NCBI GenBank assembly: GCA_903928495.1
Contig: CAIYQZ010000059.1
Location: forward strand, 17,210 to 81,209
Reading direction: 5' to 3'
DNA length: 64,000 nt
Source: an uncultured bacterium
Lineage (GTDB): Bacteria; Pseudomonadota; Gammaproteobacteria; Burkholderiales; Burkholderiaceae_C
In this document: positions 20,218 to 29,802 of the stretch, one piece after another
Layout: each line of letters starts with the position of its first letter
How positions within the stretch are numbered: position 1 is the first letter of the stretch
Notes under the pieces: generated by a model
What the model was told of the DNA's origin: nothing
Seen by the model: only the letters and a program-made list of their open reading frames with translations
Database searches by the model: none
Made by a program: the position numbers and the translations under genes

Positions 20218-23130
20218 ATGTCTGACACAAAACCCGCCGCTGCAGCCACAGCCACCGACTACCGCGCCACCCTGAACCTGCCCGACACCCCCTTCCCGAT
20301 GCGCGGCGACCTGCCCAAGCGGGAGCCGGGCTGGGTGAAGGCCTGGGAAGACAACGGCCTGTACAACAAGCTGCGTGAAGCCCGCAAAGGTGCGCCCAAG
20401 TTCATCCTGCACGACGGCCCGCCCTACGCCAACGGCCAGATCCACATCGGCCACGCGGTGAACAAGGTGTTGAAAGACATGATCGTCAAGGCCCGCCAGT
20501 TGAAGGGCATGGACGCGCAGTACATCCCCGGCTGGGACTGCCACGGCCTGCCAATTGAAAACGCCATTGAAAAACTGCACGGCCGCAACCTGAGCCGTGA
20601 CGACATGCAGGCCAAAGCCCGCGCCTTTGCCACCGAGCAGATCGCGCAGCAAATGGCCGACTTCAAGCGCCTGGGGGTGCTGGGCCAGTGGGACCGCCCC
20701 TACCGCACCATGGACTTTGCGACGGAGGCCAACGAAATCCGCGCCTTCAAGTGTGTGATGGAGCGCGGTTTTGTGTACCGGGGTCTGAAGCCCGTTTACT
20801 GGTGCTTTGACTGCGGCAGCTCGCTGGCCGAGTTCGAAATCGAGTACCAGGACAAAAAGAGCCAGACACTGGACGTGGCCTTTCCGTGCGCCGAGCCCGA
20901 CAAACTGGCCGCCGCGTTCGGCCTGCATGGCCTGACCAAAGAAGCCTTTGTGGTCATCTGGACCACCACCGCGTGGACGATTCCAGCCAACCAGGCGCTC
21001 AACCTCAACCCGGAATTGATCTACGCACTGGTGGACACACCCAAGGGGATGCTGATCCTGGCGGAAACGCTGGTGGAAAAGTGCCTGGCCCGCTTTGGGT
21101 TGGAAGGCACCATCATTGCGCACGCCAAGGGCGCCAAGCTGGAAAAAATCAACTTCCGCCACCCGCTGGCGCATGTCGATGCGGGCTACAACCGCCTGTC
21201 GCCCGTGTTTTTGGCCGACTACGCCACCGCCGATGACGGCACCGGCATCGTGCACTCGTCGCCCGCCTATGGTGTGGACGACTTCAACAGCTGCGTGGCC
21301 AACGGCTTTGCGTACGACGACATCTTGAACCCCGTGCAAGGCAACGGCCAGTACGAGGCCGAGCTGCCACTGTTCGGTGGCATGAACATCTGGAAGGCCT
21401 GCCCCGTCATCATCGACACGCTGCGCGACAACGGCCGCCTGATGGCCACAGAAGTCATCACCCACAGCTACCCGCACTGCTGGCGCCACAAAACCCCGGT
21501 GATCTACCGCGCGGCCGCCCAGTGGTTTGTGCGCATGGACGAAGGCGACGGCATTTTCACCACCGACAAAGCGCCACAGACCCTGCGCCAGATGGCCCTG
21601 GCTGCCATTGAAGAGACAGGCTTCTTCCCCGAAAACGGCAAAGGCCGCCTGCGCGACATGATTGCCAACCGGCCCGACTGGTGCATCAGCCGTCAACGCA
21701 GCTGGGGCGTGCCCCTGCCGTTTTTGCTGCATGTGGACACGGCCGAGCCGCACCCGCGCACGCCCGAGATTGTGGACCTGGCCGCGCAAGTGGTGGAACA
21801 GGGCGGCATCGAGGCCTGGAGCAAACTCACGGTTACAAACATTTTGAGCCTTATCGACGATGCGGCGGACGCTTCAAGCTATACAAAAAGCACCGACATC
21901 TTGGAAGTTTGGTTCGACTCCGGCACCACCCACACCACGGTGCTGAAGGGAAGCCACGGCCAGAAACGCGCTGATGGCAGCCTGGCCCACGCGCACGACG
22001 AGGGCTGCGAGGCCGATCTGTACCTGGAAGGCCACGACCAGCACCGCGGCTGGTTCCACAGCTCGCTGTTGACTGCCTGTGCCATGTATGGGCGCGCCCC
22101 TTACAAGGGCCTGCTGACCCACGGTTTCACCGTGGACGGCCAGGGCCGCAAGATGAGCAAAAGCGTGGGCAACGTGGTGGCCCCGCAAACCATCAGCGAA
22201 AAAATGGGCGCGGAAATCATCCGCCTGTGGTGCGCCAGCACCGACTATTCAGGTGATTTGGGCATTGACGACAAGATTCTGGCCCGCGTGGTGGATGCCT
22301 ACCGCCGCATACGCAACACGCTGCGCTTTTTGCTGGCCAATATCAGCGACTTCAACCCCGCCACCGACACCGTGGTCGATGCCGACCTGCTGGAAATCGA
22401 CCGCTACGCGCTGGCCCGTGCGGCGCAGTTGCAAACCGACATCCTGGCGCACTACGAGAAGTACGAATTCCACCCCGTGGTGGCCAAGCTGCAGCTGTAT
22501 TGCAGCGAAGACCTGGGCGGCTTCTACCTCGACGTGCTGAAAGACCGGCTGTACACCACGGCTCCCAACTCCAAAGCCCGCCGCAGCGCGCAAACGGCGC
22601 TGTACCGCATCACCCACGCATTTGTGCGCTGGATGGCACCGTTCCTGAGTTTCACCGCTGAAGAGGCCTGGGGCTTCATGGGCCAGAAGGATGCGCCGCA
22701 CAGCGAATCCATCTTCATGGAAACCTACACCGTGTGGCCCGCACCCGACGCCGCCAGCGAAGCGCTGCTGGCCAAGTGGCAGCGCATCCGCGAAATCCGC
22801 GACTTGGTGAACAAGGAAATCGAGGCCGTGCGCACCACCGGCGCCGTGGGTTCGTCGCTGCAGGCGAACGTGACGCTGACCGTGCCGAGCGAAGACCACG
22901 CTGTGCTGGCCAGCCTGGGTGATGACCTGAAGTTTGTGACCATCACATCTGCTGTGACATTGATAGCTGGAAACTCAATACAGATAAGCGTTGAAGCCTC
23001 AAAAAGCCATAAATGCGAGCGCTGCTGGCACTACCGTGACGATGTGGGCCATGATGCTGACCACCTCGGCCTGTGCGGGCGGTGCACCAGCAACCTGCAC
23101 GGCACGGGCGAAGTGCGGGAACACGCCTGA
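20218..23130 (+). CDS. ileS: isoleucine--tRNA ligase
   Basis: MSDTKP...[22 protein letters not shown]-type motif [16 protein letters not shown], and C-terminal CERCWHY zinc motif. ATG at 20218. Confidence 0.97.
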   Translation: MSDTKPAAAATATDYRATLNLPDTPFPMRGDLPKREPGWVKAWEDNGLYNKLREARKGAPKFILHDGPPYANGQIHIGHAVNKVLKDMIVKARQLKGMDAQYIPGWDCHGLPIENAIEKLHGRNLSRDDMQAKARAFATEQIAQQMADFKRLGVLGQWDRPYRTMDFATEANEIRAFKCVMERGFVYRGLKPVYWCFDCGSSLAEFEIEYQDKKSQTLDVAFPCAEPDKLAAAFGLHGLTKEAFVVIWTTTAWTIPANQALNLNPELIYALVDTPKGMLILAETLVEKCLARFGLEGTIIAHAKGAKLEKINFRHPLAHVDAGYNRLSPVFLADYATADDGTGIVHSSPAYGVDDFNSCVANGFAYDDILNPVQGNGQYEAELPLFGGMNIWKACPVIIDTLRDNGRLMATEVITHSYPHCWRHKTPVIYRAAAQWFVRMDEGDGIFTTDKAPQTLRQMALAAIEETGFFPENGKGRLRDMIANRPDWCISRQRSWGVPLPFLLHVDTAEPHPRTPEIVDLAAQVVEQGGIEAWSKLTVTNILSLIDDAADASSYTKSTDILEVWFDSGTTHTTVLKGSHGQKRADGSLAHAHDEGCEADLYLEGHDQHRGWFHSSLLTACAMYGRAPYKGLLTHGFTVDGQGRKMSKSVGNVVAPQTISEKMGAEIIRLWCASTDYSGDLGIDDKILARVVDAYRRIRNTLRFLLANISDFNPATDTVVDADLLEIDRYALARAAQLQTDILAHYEKYEFHPVVAKLQLYCSEDLGGFYLDVLKDRLYTTAPNSKARRSAQTALYRITHAFVRWMAPFLSFTAEEAWGFMGQKDAPHSESIFMETYTVWPAPDAASEALLAKWQRIREIRDLVNKEIEAVRTTGAVGSSLQANVTLTVPSEDHAVLASLGDDLKFVTITSAVTLIAGNSIQISVEASKSHKCERCWHYRDDVGHDADHLGLCGRCTSNLHGTGEVREHA
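21842..21893 (-). repeat. 42-bp motif copy H (divergent, inside ileS)
   Basis: The reverse strand reads TATAGCTTgaagcg...cgtcGATAAGGCTcAAAAT. It is a locally AT-rich patch encoding [19 protein letters not shown], and is the weakest member of the family. Confidence 0.45.
22963..23005 (+). repeat. 42-bp motif copy G (inside ileS, just before the C-terminal zinc motif)
   Basis: ATAGCTGgaaactcaatacAGATAAGCGTTGAAGCCtcAAAAA. It encodes [15 protein letters not shown]. Confidence 0.7.
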
Positions 23131-23684
23131 TGGCTGCCGCCAAACCAGCCAAGTCCGGCAAACCCGCAGGCGGTGCCAAACCGAAACTGACCCCCAGCAT
23201 CGTCCCGTGGCTGGCGTGGGCAGCCATCGTGTTGCTGCTCGACCAGTTCACCAAAACGCTGATCCTGGGCTATTACCAACTGGGGGACAGCACACCCGTC
23301 ACCTCGTTTTTCAATGTGGTGCGGGTGCACAACCACGGCGCGGCGTTCTCTTTCCTGGCGAATGCCGGCGGCTGGCAGCGTTGGCTGTTCACCGGCATTG
23401 GCGTGGTGGCCGCCATCTTCATGGTTTGGATGCTGAAAAGCCACCCCGGCCAGAGGCTGTTTGCGTTTGCCGTCAGCAGCCTGCTGGGTGGGGCTGTAGG
23501 CAACGTGGTGGACCGCCTGATGCACGGCTACGTGGTGGACTTTCTGGACTTTCACTGGAAAGTGCTCTCCCCCGTGTTTCCGCTGGGTCACTTTCCCGCG
23601 TTCAATGTGGCCGACGCGGCCATCACGCTGGGTGCCGTCTGTCTGATCCTCGACGAAATACTGCGGGTGCGCCGTGGGAAATAG
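23130..23684 (+). CDS. lspA: lipoprotein signal peptidase (signal peptidase II)
   Basis: The ATG overlaps the ileS stop (TGATG). [19 protein letters not shown] and FNVADAAI motifs. Confidence 0.93.
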   Translation: MAAAKPAKSGKPAGGAKPKLTPSIVPWLAWAAIVLLLDQFTKTLILGYYQLGDSTPVTSFFNVVRVHNHGAAFSFLANAGGWQRWLFTGIGVVAAIFMVWMLKSHPGQRLFAFAVSSLLGGAVGNVVDRLMHGYVVDFLDFHWKVLSPVFPLGHFPAFNVADAAITLGAVCLILDEILRVRRGK

Positions 23685-23766
23685 CACAATTCACCAGAGC
23701 TGTGCCAACATGTCGGCCTGACATCCACCGACCCCGGATGAGACCCCTCACGTTTTTGACCACCCG

Positions 23767-25065
23767 ATGAAGACCGCCTGGCAGCTCATCCACCGCTCCA
23801 CCAGACTGCTGGCAGCCACGGCAGTGGCCTGCGGGACCGGCCTTGCACTCGCTCAGCCGACCGAAGAAGCCCCGCCGAATCTGTTGTTCTCCGGTTTCGG
23901 CACCATTGGCGCCAGCAAAGCGTCGACCGATTTCGGTGGCACGTTCGCGCGCGATGTGTCTCAAGTGCCAGGCCCTTCCGGGCTGCAGCTCAGGCCCGAC
24001 ACACGGGTAGGAGCACAAATCAACTGGCGTGCCACGGACACACTTGAAGCAGTTGGTCAGGTCGTGCTGCGAGACCGTCCGGACAGTGCCCAATCGTCAG
24101 ACTCGATTGAGTGGGCGTTTGTGGCCTACCGCCCGACACCAGACACCACCTTGCGCGTGGGCAGGCTCAACGCCGACTTGTATTTGCTGTCCGACTTCCG
24201 CAACGTGGGTTACGGCTACCTGTCTGTGCGTCCGCCACCGGATTTTTATGGCGTCATGTCCATGAACAACCTGGATGGGGTGGACATCAGCCACAACTGG
24301 CGCATGGGCGATGCCGACTGGCGCGTCAAAGCCACTGCCGGCGCGTCGCGCTACGACATGATGGCATTGCGGTCACGGTTCAATGACGCCAGAGGGCTGA
24401 CCCTGAGCAGGGACAACGATGGCCTGACCCTGCGCGGCACACTGGCCACAGGGCACTTGAGCGTGAATTTGCCAGGCTTGGAATTGCTGCAGCAGGGCCT
24501 GAGTCAAGTGACACTTGCGCCCGTGGCATCAGTGGCAGCACAGGCCAAGGCTCTCTCGTCTGCCTTGAATTTTCAAGACATTCGCGCGAGGTACGTCGCA
24601 CTCGGCCTGGCCTATGACAAGCACGACTGGCTGGTAAACGCGGAATGGATGCGCATTTCCACCAGCAACCAGGCGATCTCCGGCACAGGCACGTATGTCA
24701 TGGCTGGGCGGCGGTTGGGCGCATTCACGCCCTACGTGGGTCTGAGCCGGGCCCGCTCGCTCTCTGCGGCTGCCACAGCACCCAACTGGGCACGCGACCT
24801 GATGCCACTGGCCCCAGTCATCGGGTTGAATGCCGTGGCCCAGGCACAGGCAGTGGGAGACATCGCCACCGGCGTGCTCAACACCTACCGTGTCGACCAG
24901 CACACACGCACGCTGGGTGTGCGCTGGGACATCCGGCCCAACCTGTCGCTCAAGGCCCAGTGGGACTGGGTCACAGTGCGCCCCTTGGGCGGCGTGATGT
25001 GGGGTGGCAACAGCAACGGCGGCTCGGCCAACGTGGGCTCCGTGGCGCTGGACTTTGTGTACTGA
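23767..25065 (+). CDS. outer-membrane beta-barrel (porin-like) protein
   Basis: Signal peptide ending ALA-QP, amphipathic beta-strand periodicity, C-terminal ...VALDFVY. 432 aa. Confidence 0.65.
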   Translation: MKTAWQLIHRSTRLLAATAVACGTGLALAQPTEEAPPNLLFSGFGTIGASKASTDFGGTFARDVSQVPGPSGLQLRPDTRVGAQINWRATDTLEAVGQVVLRDRPDSAQSSDSIEWAFVAYRPTPDTTLRVGRLNADLYLLSDFRNVGYGYLSVRPPPDFYGVMSMNNLDGVDISHNWRMGDADWRVKATAGASRYDMMALRSRFNDARGLTLSRDNDGLTLRGTLATGHLSVNLPGLELLQQGLSQVTLAPVASVAAQAKALSSALNFQDIRARYVALGLAYDKHDWLVNAEWMRISTSNQAISGTGTYVMAGRRLGAFTPYVGLSRARSLSAAATAPNWARDLMPLAPVIGLNAVAQAQAVGDIATGVLNTYRVDQHTRTLGVRWDIRPNLSLKAQWDWVTVRPLGGVMWGGNSNGGSANVGSVALDFVY

Positions 25066-25070
25066 CGGCC

Positions 25071-25535
25071 ATGGCTGCACTCACTCTGCCCCCCGTTGTA
25101 TTGCTGACTGGTTTGCTTATGGCAGCGTCGTGCCGGGCGGACGTGTTTGTCATCGCGTCGGCAGAAGCGCCATTGCAAGCGATCAGCCCGAAAGAACTGC
25201 AGGCGCTGTACATGGGCAAGCGGCAGGCCTTGTCCGACGGAGTGCGTGTTCAAGCCACCGATCTGCCGCGCAACCACCCCCTGCGCGAACGGTTCTATGG
25301 TCAGTTGACAGGCATGTCACTCGCACAGGTCAGCAGCCACTGGGCACGCTTGTTGTTCTCCGGCCAGTCGACACCGCCGCTGACCTTGACCGACGAAGCA
25401 AGCATGCTGAGTTACCTCAAACGCACGCCGGCAGCCTTGGGCTACTCAACCACCGCCCCGCCCCAACCGTCGGGGCTGAAAGTCGTCATGGTCCTGAAAA
25501 CCGGTGCCGACTCCTCTCGGGACCATGCGCCTTAA
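25071..25535 (+). CDS. small periplasmic substrate-binding-like (PstS/PBP-like) protein
   Basis: Signal peptide MAALTLPPVVLLTGLLMAASCRA. LQAISPKELQALYMG and GYS motifs resemble phosphate-binding-protein-like domains. 154 aa. The family call is from memory. Confidence 0.5.
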   Translation: MAALTLPPVVLLTGLLMAASCRADVFVIASAEAPLQAISPKELQALYMGKRQALSDGVRVQATDLPRNHPLRERFYGQLTGMSLAQVSSHWARLLFSGQSTPPLTLTDEASMLSYLKRTPAALGYSTTAPPQPSGLKVVMVLKTGADSSRDHAP

Positions 25536-27186
25536 GCGGCTTCAGGATGGTTTGCTGATTGCCCTGCTGGCAGCAGCAAGCTTGCTGGCCGGCGTGGCGG
25601 CACCACTGGCCTATTGGGGGGCATTCAACCGGGCGTTGTCTCAAGGCGAAGACACCCTGAATGGTTTGCTGATTGCTGTGGAAAAGACCGCGACGATCGG
25701 CGCATACGCGGGAGATGCCATCCTGCTGCAGGAGGTGGTGGACGGCCTGTCGCTGAACCCCTTGGCCGGGTTTGTCGAGGTGCGAGACCCGAGCGGGCGG
25801 CCCTGGGTCAGCTCGGGTGGCAACAACCGGCCGGCCCAGACAGACGCTGGCGGGCAATGGGTAGAAAGGGCTTTGCATTCCCCGTTCGACCGGGCAGAAA
25901 CCACCGGTACGCTGCGTATCGAGGCCAACATGGCGGTTTTGCGGGCATCGGCACGTGCACAGGCGTCGGTGCTGGCCTCGATCATGCTGGGCCAAAGCCT
26001 GGGTGTTGCATTGCTGCTGTATCTGTTGGCCACGCGGCTCGTTTCCCGGCCCATCGTCCAAATGGCAGATCGTTTGCGATCCATGGTTCCCGGCAGCATG
26101 AAGCATCTGGACGTCCCTCCGCTTCACGAACACGATGAGCTGGGTGCCCTTGTGCGAAGTGCCAACACATTGCTCAGCAACCAGGACGAGGCCTTGCAGC
26201 GTGAACGGGTGCTACGCGCCGAAATTGCAAAGCTGGGTGCCGAGTACGAGACCATCTTCTCGGCCAGCAGCGCAGGCATTTTTGTGATGACCCGCGAGAT
26301 GCGGCTCATGCACTGCAATGCACGTGCGAGATCTTTGTCCGGATGGGTTGAAGCCAATGCCGACACGGGTGCAGATGCCCAGTTTGTGGACACCACATTT
26401 GCCCAACCCGAAATCCTGCGCAACATGATCCGGCAGGCCATTGTGTGCGGCAACACGGAGGCTGCCGACCTCGCGCTGCGGGGCTCGGGTGGCATCACGC
26501 GTTGGGTGCACTGCCTGATCACGGCCCGGGCGGCACTGCAAGGCCACGCCGCGGAGACGCCTGCGGTCATCGAAGGCGTGATGTATGACATCACGGAGCG
26601 CAAGCAAGCCGAATTGGCCTCTCGCCACCGCGCCGAACACGACCCACTCACTGGGCTGAACAATCGCCGGGGCTGCGACGTGACACTGGCAACCATCCTC
26701 GACGGAGCGCGCAGCAGCGGCACCAGCGTGTGTGTGTTGTACCTGGACCTCGACGGCTTCAAGTCCATCAATGACCGGTACGGACACGCATCAGGCGACA
26801 ACGTGCTGATGGAAGTGGCTCGGCGCATACGCACGCAGGTTCGCAGGGGCTCAGACCTGTGCGCACGGGTGGGCGGAGATGAATTCCTGGTCGCCCTGTG
26901 CGACACAGACGAACGGAGTCCGCACCTGTGTGAATCGGCCTCGGAGTTGCTGGCCAGCGTGGGGGCACCCATACCGCTGGAAGGTGGGTTAAAAGTCAAT
27001 GTGGGCGTGAGCATCGGCATCGCCTGTTACCCACGCCATGGCCAGAATGCTCCCGCGCTGGTGCACAGTGCAGACTTGGCCATGTATGAGGTGAAACGCA
27101 CTGGCAAACATGCGTTTGCGATGGCCTTCCTGCCCCCACTGGCTGAAGCGGACGCCACAGGTGGCCCACACCTTCCATCTGATTGA
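25525..27186 (+). CDS. membrane diguanylate cyclase (periplasmic sensor region, HAMP, PAS, GGDEF)
   Basis: Two TM segments flank a periplasmic region, followed by a PAS-like segment. The GGDEF domain has RVGGDEF and an I-site-like RRGSD. The ATG at 25525 overlaps the upstream gene end. Confidence 0.85.
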   Translation: MRLKRLQDGLLIALLAAASLLAGVAAPLAYWGAFNRALSQGEDTLNGLLIAVEKTATIGAYAGDAILLQEVVDGLSLNPLAGFVEVRDPSGRPWVSSGGNNRPAQTDAGGQWVERALHSPFDRAETTGTLRIEANMAVLRASARAQASVLASIMLGQSLGVALLLYLLATRLVSRPIVQMADRLRSMVPGSMKHLDVPPLHEHDELGALVRSANTLLSNQDEALQRERVLRAEIAKLGAEYETIFSASSAGIFVMTREMRLMHCNARARSLSGWVEANADTGADAQFVDTTFAQPEILRNMIRQAIVCGNTEAADLALRGSGGITRWVHCLITARAALQGHAAETPAVIEGVMYDITERKQAELASRHRAEHDPLTGLNNRRGCDVTLATILDGARSSGTSVCVLYLDLDGFKSINDRYGHASGDNVLMEVARRIRTQVRRGSDLCARVGGDEFLVALCDTDERSPHLCESASELLASVGAPIPLEGGLKVNVGVSIGIACYPRHGQNAPALVHSADLAMYEVKRTGKHAFAMAFLPPLAEADATGGPHLPSD

Positions 27187-27195
27187 GGTGCTCAT

Positions 27196-27633
27196 GTGCT
27201 GACAGATCGACGTCACCAACCCAAGGGATTTGCACACACTGCAGTCAATACGACGGCGCTGGCTTGCCTGTGTGCCCTGCCTCTTGCAAGCGCACAAACG
27301 GTTGTCTGCCACGTGGACTACGGCGGAGAAGTCCGCCGCATCGTGGCCCCACCGGTGAACTCGCCGTACGGCGTGGCAGCGGTCGAGGTGGGCTCGTATT
27401 TTCTGTTTCGCGTGGTGAACCAGACCCAACCGGCCGACCTGGCATCCGTCAAGGTGTACACCTATGCCAACCATGAAGGGGGTGCGGCCCCCATTCATCA
27501 GGCGCAGTACAGCGCAGCGCAGGTGGCGCAGCAGCCTGTGCGTGGTGGTCACGGCTTCACAGGACAACACTGGGTGTACGAACCTGTGCGAGACGGCGAA
27601 CTGCGCTACTGGTGCGAGAAAGGCCGACCATGA
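27196..27633 (+). CDS. secreted hypothetical protein (145 aa)
   Basis: GTG start after GAGG, signal peptide ...ALPLASA-QT. No family recognised. Confidence 0.45.
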   Translation: MLTDRRHQPKGFAHTAVNTTALACLCALPLASAQTVVCHVDYGGEVRRIVAPPVNSPYGVAAVEVGSYFLFRVVNQTQPADLASVKVYTYANHEGGAAPIHQAQYSAAQVAQQPVRGGHGFTGQHWVYEPVRDGELRYWCEKGRP

Positions 27634-28646
27634 CCCGGTTGAGCCGCTGTTGCACGACGCTGATGATGACGCTTGGCCTGAGTTGGTCTGCATTCGCTCA
27701 AGCCCCCGGGGCCGGTCCTGGCACGGTGCGCCTGCTGTTCGCAGGTGACCTGATGCTGGCCGACGGCCCTGGCAAAACGATTGCCGACGGCGGCGACCCG
27801 CTGGCCCCGTTTGCGTCCCGCCTGGCCGACGCAGACTACCGCATTGGCAATCTGGAAGTGCCCGTGGCCACCGTGGGCCAGCCGATGGAAAGCAAGATTT
27901 TCAGCTTCCGCGCCCACCCGCATGTGATGCGGGTGCTCAAGGGCCGGTTTGACGCGCTGGCCCTGGCCAACAACCATTCGGGCGACTTTGGCAAAGAAGC
28001 GTTTCTGGAAACCATGCGGCACGTGGACGAGGCAGGCATTGCCCGCTTTGGCGGCGGCCGCAACCTGGCCGAAGCCCATGCGCCGCTGTGGGTACGCAAG
28101 AACGGACTGAACATTGCGGTGCTGAGCTACAACGAGTTCAAGCCCCGCTCGTTCGAGGCGGGTGCCGAGACGCCGGGAATTGCCTGGAGCGAAGACAGCC
28201 ACGTGGTGGCCGACATCCGCGCTGCACGACGCGCCGGGGCGGACGTGGTCATCCCGTTCATGCACTGGGGCTGGGAGCGCGAACTGCTGCCCACCCAGCG
28301 CCAGCGCGACCTCGCCCGCCTCATGATCGACGCCGGGGCCGACGTGGTGGTGGGCGGCCACCCGCACGTGACCCAGGGTGTGGACCGATACAAAGGCAAG
28401 CTCATCGTTTACAGCCTGGGCAACTTTGTGTTCGACAGCTTTGAGAACGTGCCGGGCGGCACCACGGGCTGGCTGCTGCGCCTGACGGTTGACAAGCAGG
28501 GTGTGCGCCAGTGGGACACCCTGACCGCCGAGATGGACTTGGCCGGCACACCCCACCCAGTGCCGGGGACGATGTCGCCCTGCGGCGTGCGCGAAGGGCG
28601 TGGCAGGCACGCCGCTGTCACGCTGGCCAGGTGCTCCAACCCCTGA
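27630..28646 (+). CDS. CapA family (poly-gamma-glutamate synthesis-type metallophosphatase) protein
   Basis: LLFAGDLML, GNLEVP, LANNHSGDFG, HWGWE and GGHPHV motifs. The ATG at 27630 overlaps the upstream stop (ATGA). Confidence 0.8.
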   Translation: MTRLSRCCTTLMMTLGLSWSAFAQAPGAGPGTVRLLFAGDLMLADGPGKTIADGGDPLAPFASRLADADYRIGNLEVPVATVGQPMESKIFSFRAHPHVMRVLKGRFDALALANNHSGDFGKEAFLETMRHVDEAGIARFGGGRNLAEAHAPLWVRKNGLNIAVLSYNEFKPRSFEAGAETPGIAWSEDSHVVADIRAARRAGADVVIPFMHWGWERELLPTQRQRDLARLMIDAGADVVVGGHPHVTQGVDRYKGKLIVYSLGNFVFDSFENVPGGTTGWLLRLTVDKQGVRQWDTLTAEMDLAGTPHPVPGTMSPCGVREGRGRHAAVTLARCSNP

Positions 28647-28658
28647 ACTACTGCCGAA

Positions 28659-29441
28659 TCAGCCGCCCAGCACCCGCTGCAGCACCCACGCTGCCTCGTC
28701 GGTGAACAGACCCTGCGCCACGGCCTCGCGCACCCGGACCGGTGGCCAGCACTCGAAGTGGTCCACCTCGCCGTCCTGGTTCACTGGTTCCAGTCCGGCA
28801 GGCACAGTGGCGGTGTACCAGTGCGTATCTTCCACCAGCAGGCCCGCGCCGCCACCATCGGGCACTGGGCGGGTGGCGGTGAAGTGGCCATGGTGCGTCA
28901 CCTGGTCCAAATCAGCCAGGTGCAGGCCAGCCTCTTCCCAGGTTTCGCGCTCCAGCGTCTCGGCCACGGTTTCGTGGCCGGCCACGGTGCCACCCATCAG
29001 GGTGTCCCACAGACCAGGGTCGTTGGGTTTGGTCAGGCTGCGCTGCTGCACCCACACCGCGCCATCGGGCCGCAAGCCCACCAGGTGCACAGCCTGGGTG
29101 CGCAGCCCCAGCACGCGCACCACGCCACGTTCTACCAGCCCCAGCGTTTGGCCTGAATCGTCGGCCACCGGCAGCAACTCATTGCGCCAGGGGCCACTGC
29201 GGCCACAGGCGCGCAGGGCATGCGCCAACTGCGCCATGTGCACGGTGAAATCATCGCTTGAAAATGCCTCCAGCGCATATCCCCATTGGTTTTGTAGCTG
29301 CGCTTTTTGCAAGATGCAATTGTGCTCTGCAGCGCTTTGGGCACACAGGGCCTCGGCCACAGCAGGGGTGAGCGAGCCCACCACCAACCCGCCCCAGAGC
29401 AGGGACAGGCGATGGCCATGCACTGGGGTCTCGCCTGACAT
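28659..29441 (-). CDS. NUDIX hydrolase family protein
   Basis: Nudix box GGTVAGHETVAETLERETWEEAGL. ATG at 29441. Confidence 0.8.
   Translation of the reverse strand: MSGETPVHGHRLSLLWGGLVVGSLTPAVAEALCAQSAAEHNCILQKAQLQNQWGYALEAFSSDDFTVHMAQLAHALRACGRSGPWRNELLPVADDSGQTLGLVERGVVRVLGLRTQAVHLVGLRPDGAVWVQQRSLTKPNDPGLWDTLMGGTVAGHETVAETLERETWEEAGLHLADLDQVTHHGHFTATRPVPDGGGAGLLVEDTHWYTATVPAGLEPVNQDGEVDHFECWPPVRVREAVAQGLFTDEAAWVLQRVLGG
29261..29299 (-). repeat. 42-bp motif copy O (inside the Nudix CDS)
   Basis: The reverse strand reads AGCTAcaaaaccaatggggatATGCGCTGGAGGCatTTT. The gene strand encodes QLQNQWGYALEAFS. Confidence 0.65.
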
Positions 29442-29445
29442 CACA

Positions 29446-29670
29446 TCAACTGGACGCCGATGCCACCTTTTTCAGGTGGGTGTAGAGCTGGTCTTTGAGC
29501 ACGAGCTTTTCTTTTTTCAGGTTCTCAATTTCCACGGGGGTACCGGGCACCGTGTGCGACTCCATGTTGCGGATGAGCTGGTCGAGTTCGTTGTGTTTGT
29601 CGAACAGGCGGGTGAAGTGGGCGTCGTGGCCTTTGAGTTGGGAAATGACGTCGCGAAACTCTGGAAACAT
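29446..29670 (-). CDS. YdcH-like DUF465 protein
   Basis: MFPEFRDVISQLKGHDAHFTRLFDKHNELDQLIRNME... is typical of DUF465. ATG at 29670. Confidence 0.8.
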   Translation of the reverse strand: MFPEFRDVISQLKGHDAHFTRLFDKHNELDQLIRNMESHTVPGTPVEIENLKKEKLVLKDQLYTHLKKVASASS

Positions 29671-29802
29671 GTGAACTCCTTGTGAAGAACGCGGTGCACC
29701 GAAACGGCGCACACAGCAGCAGGTGTACACCAAACCAGTCAACCATGTGTTGACGCAATCGGGGTTTATGCCCGCAAGTGCCGCAGGTGCCGTGCCTACC
29801 GT

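Noticed and set aside
20029-21789. 586-aa minus-strand ORF
   Set aside because: It is antisense to ileS. No recognisable motifs. High-GC shadow ORF.
21911-21925. GGTTCGACTCCGG, resembling a tRNA T-arm
   Set aside because: It lies inside ileS and encodes the conserved WFDSG motif. No acceptor or anticodon arms surround it.
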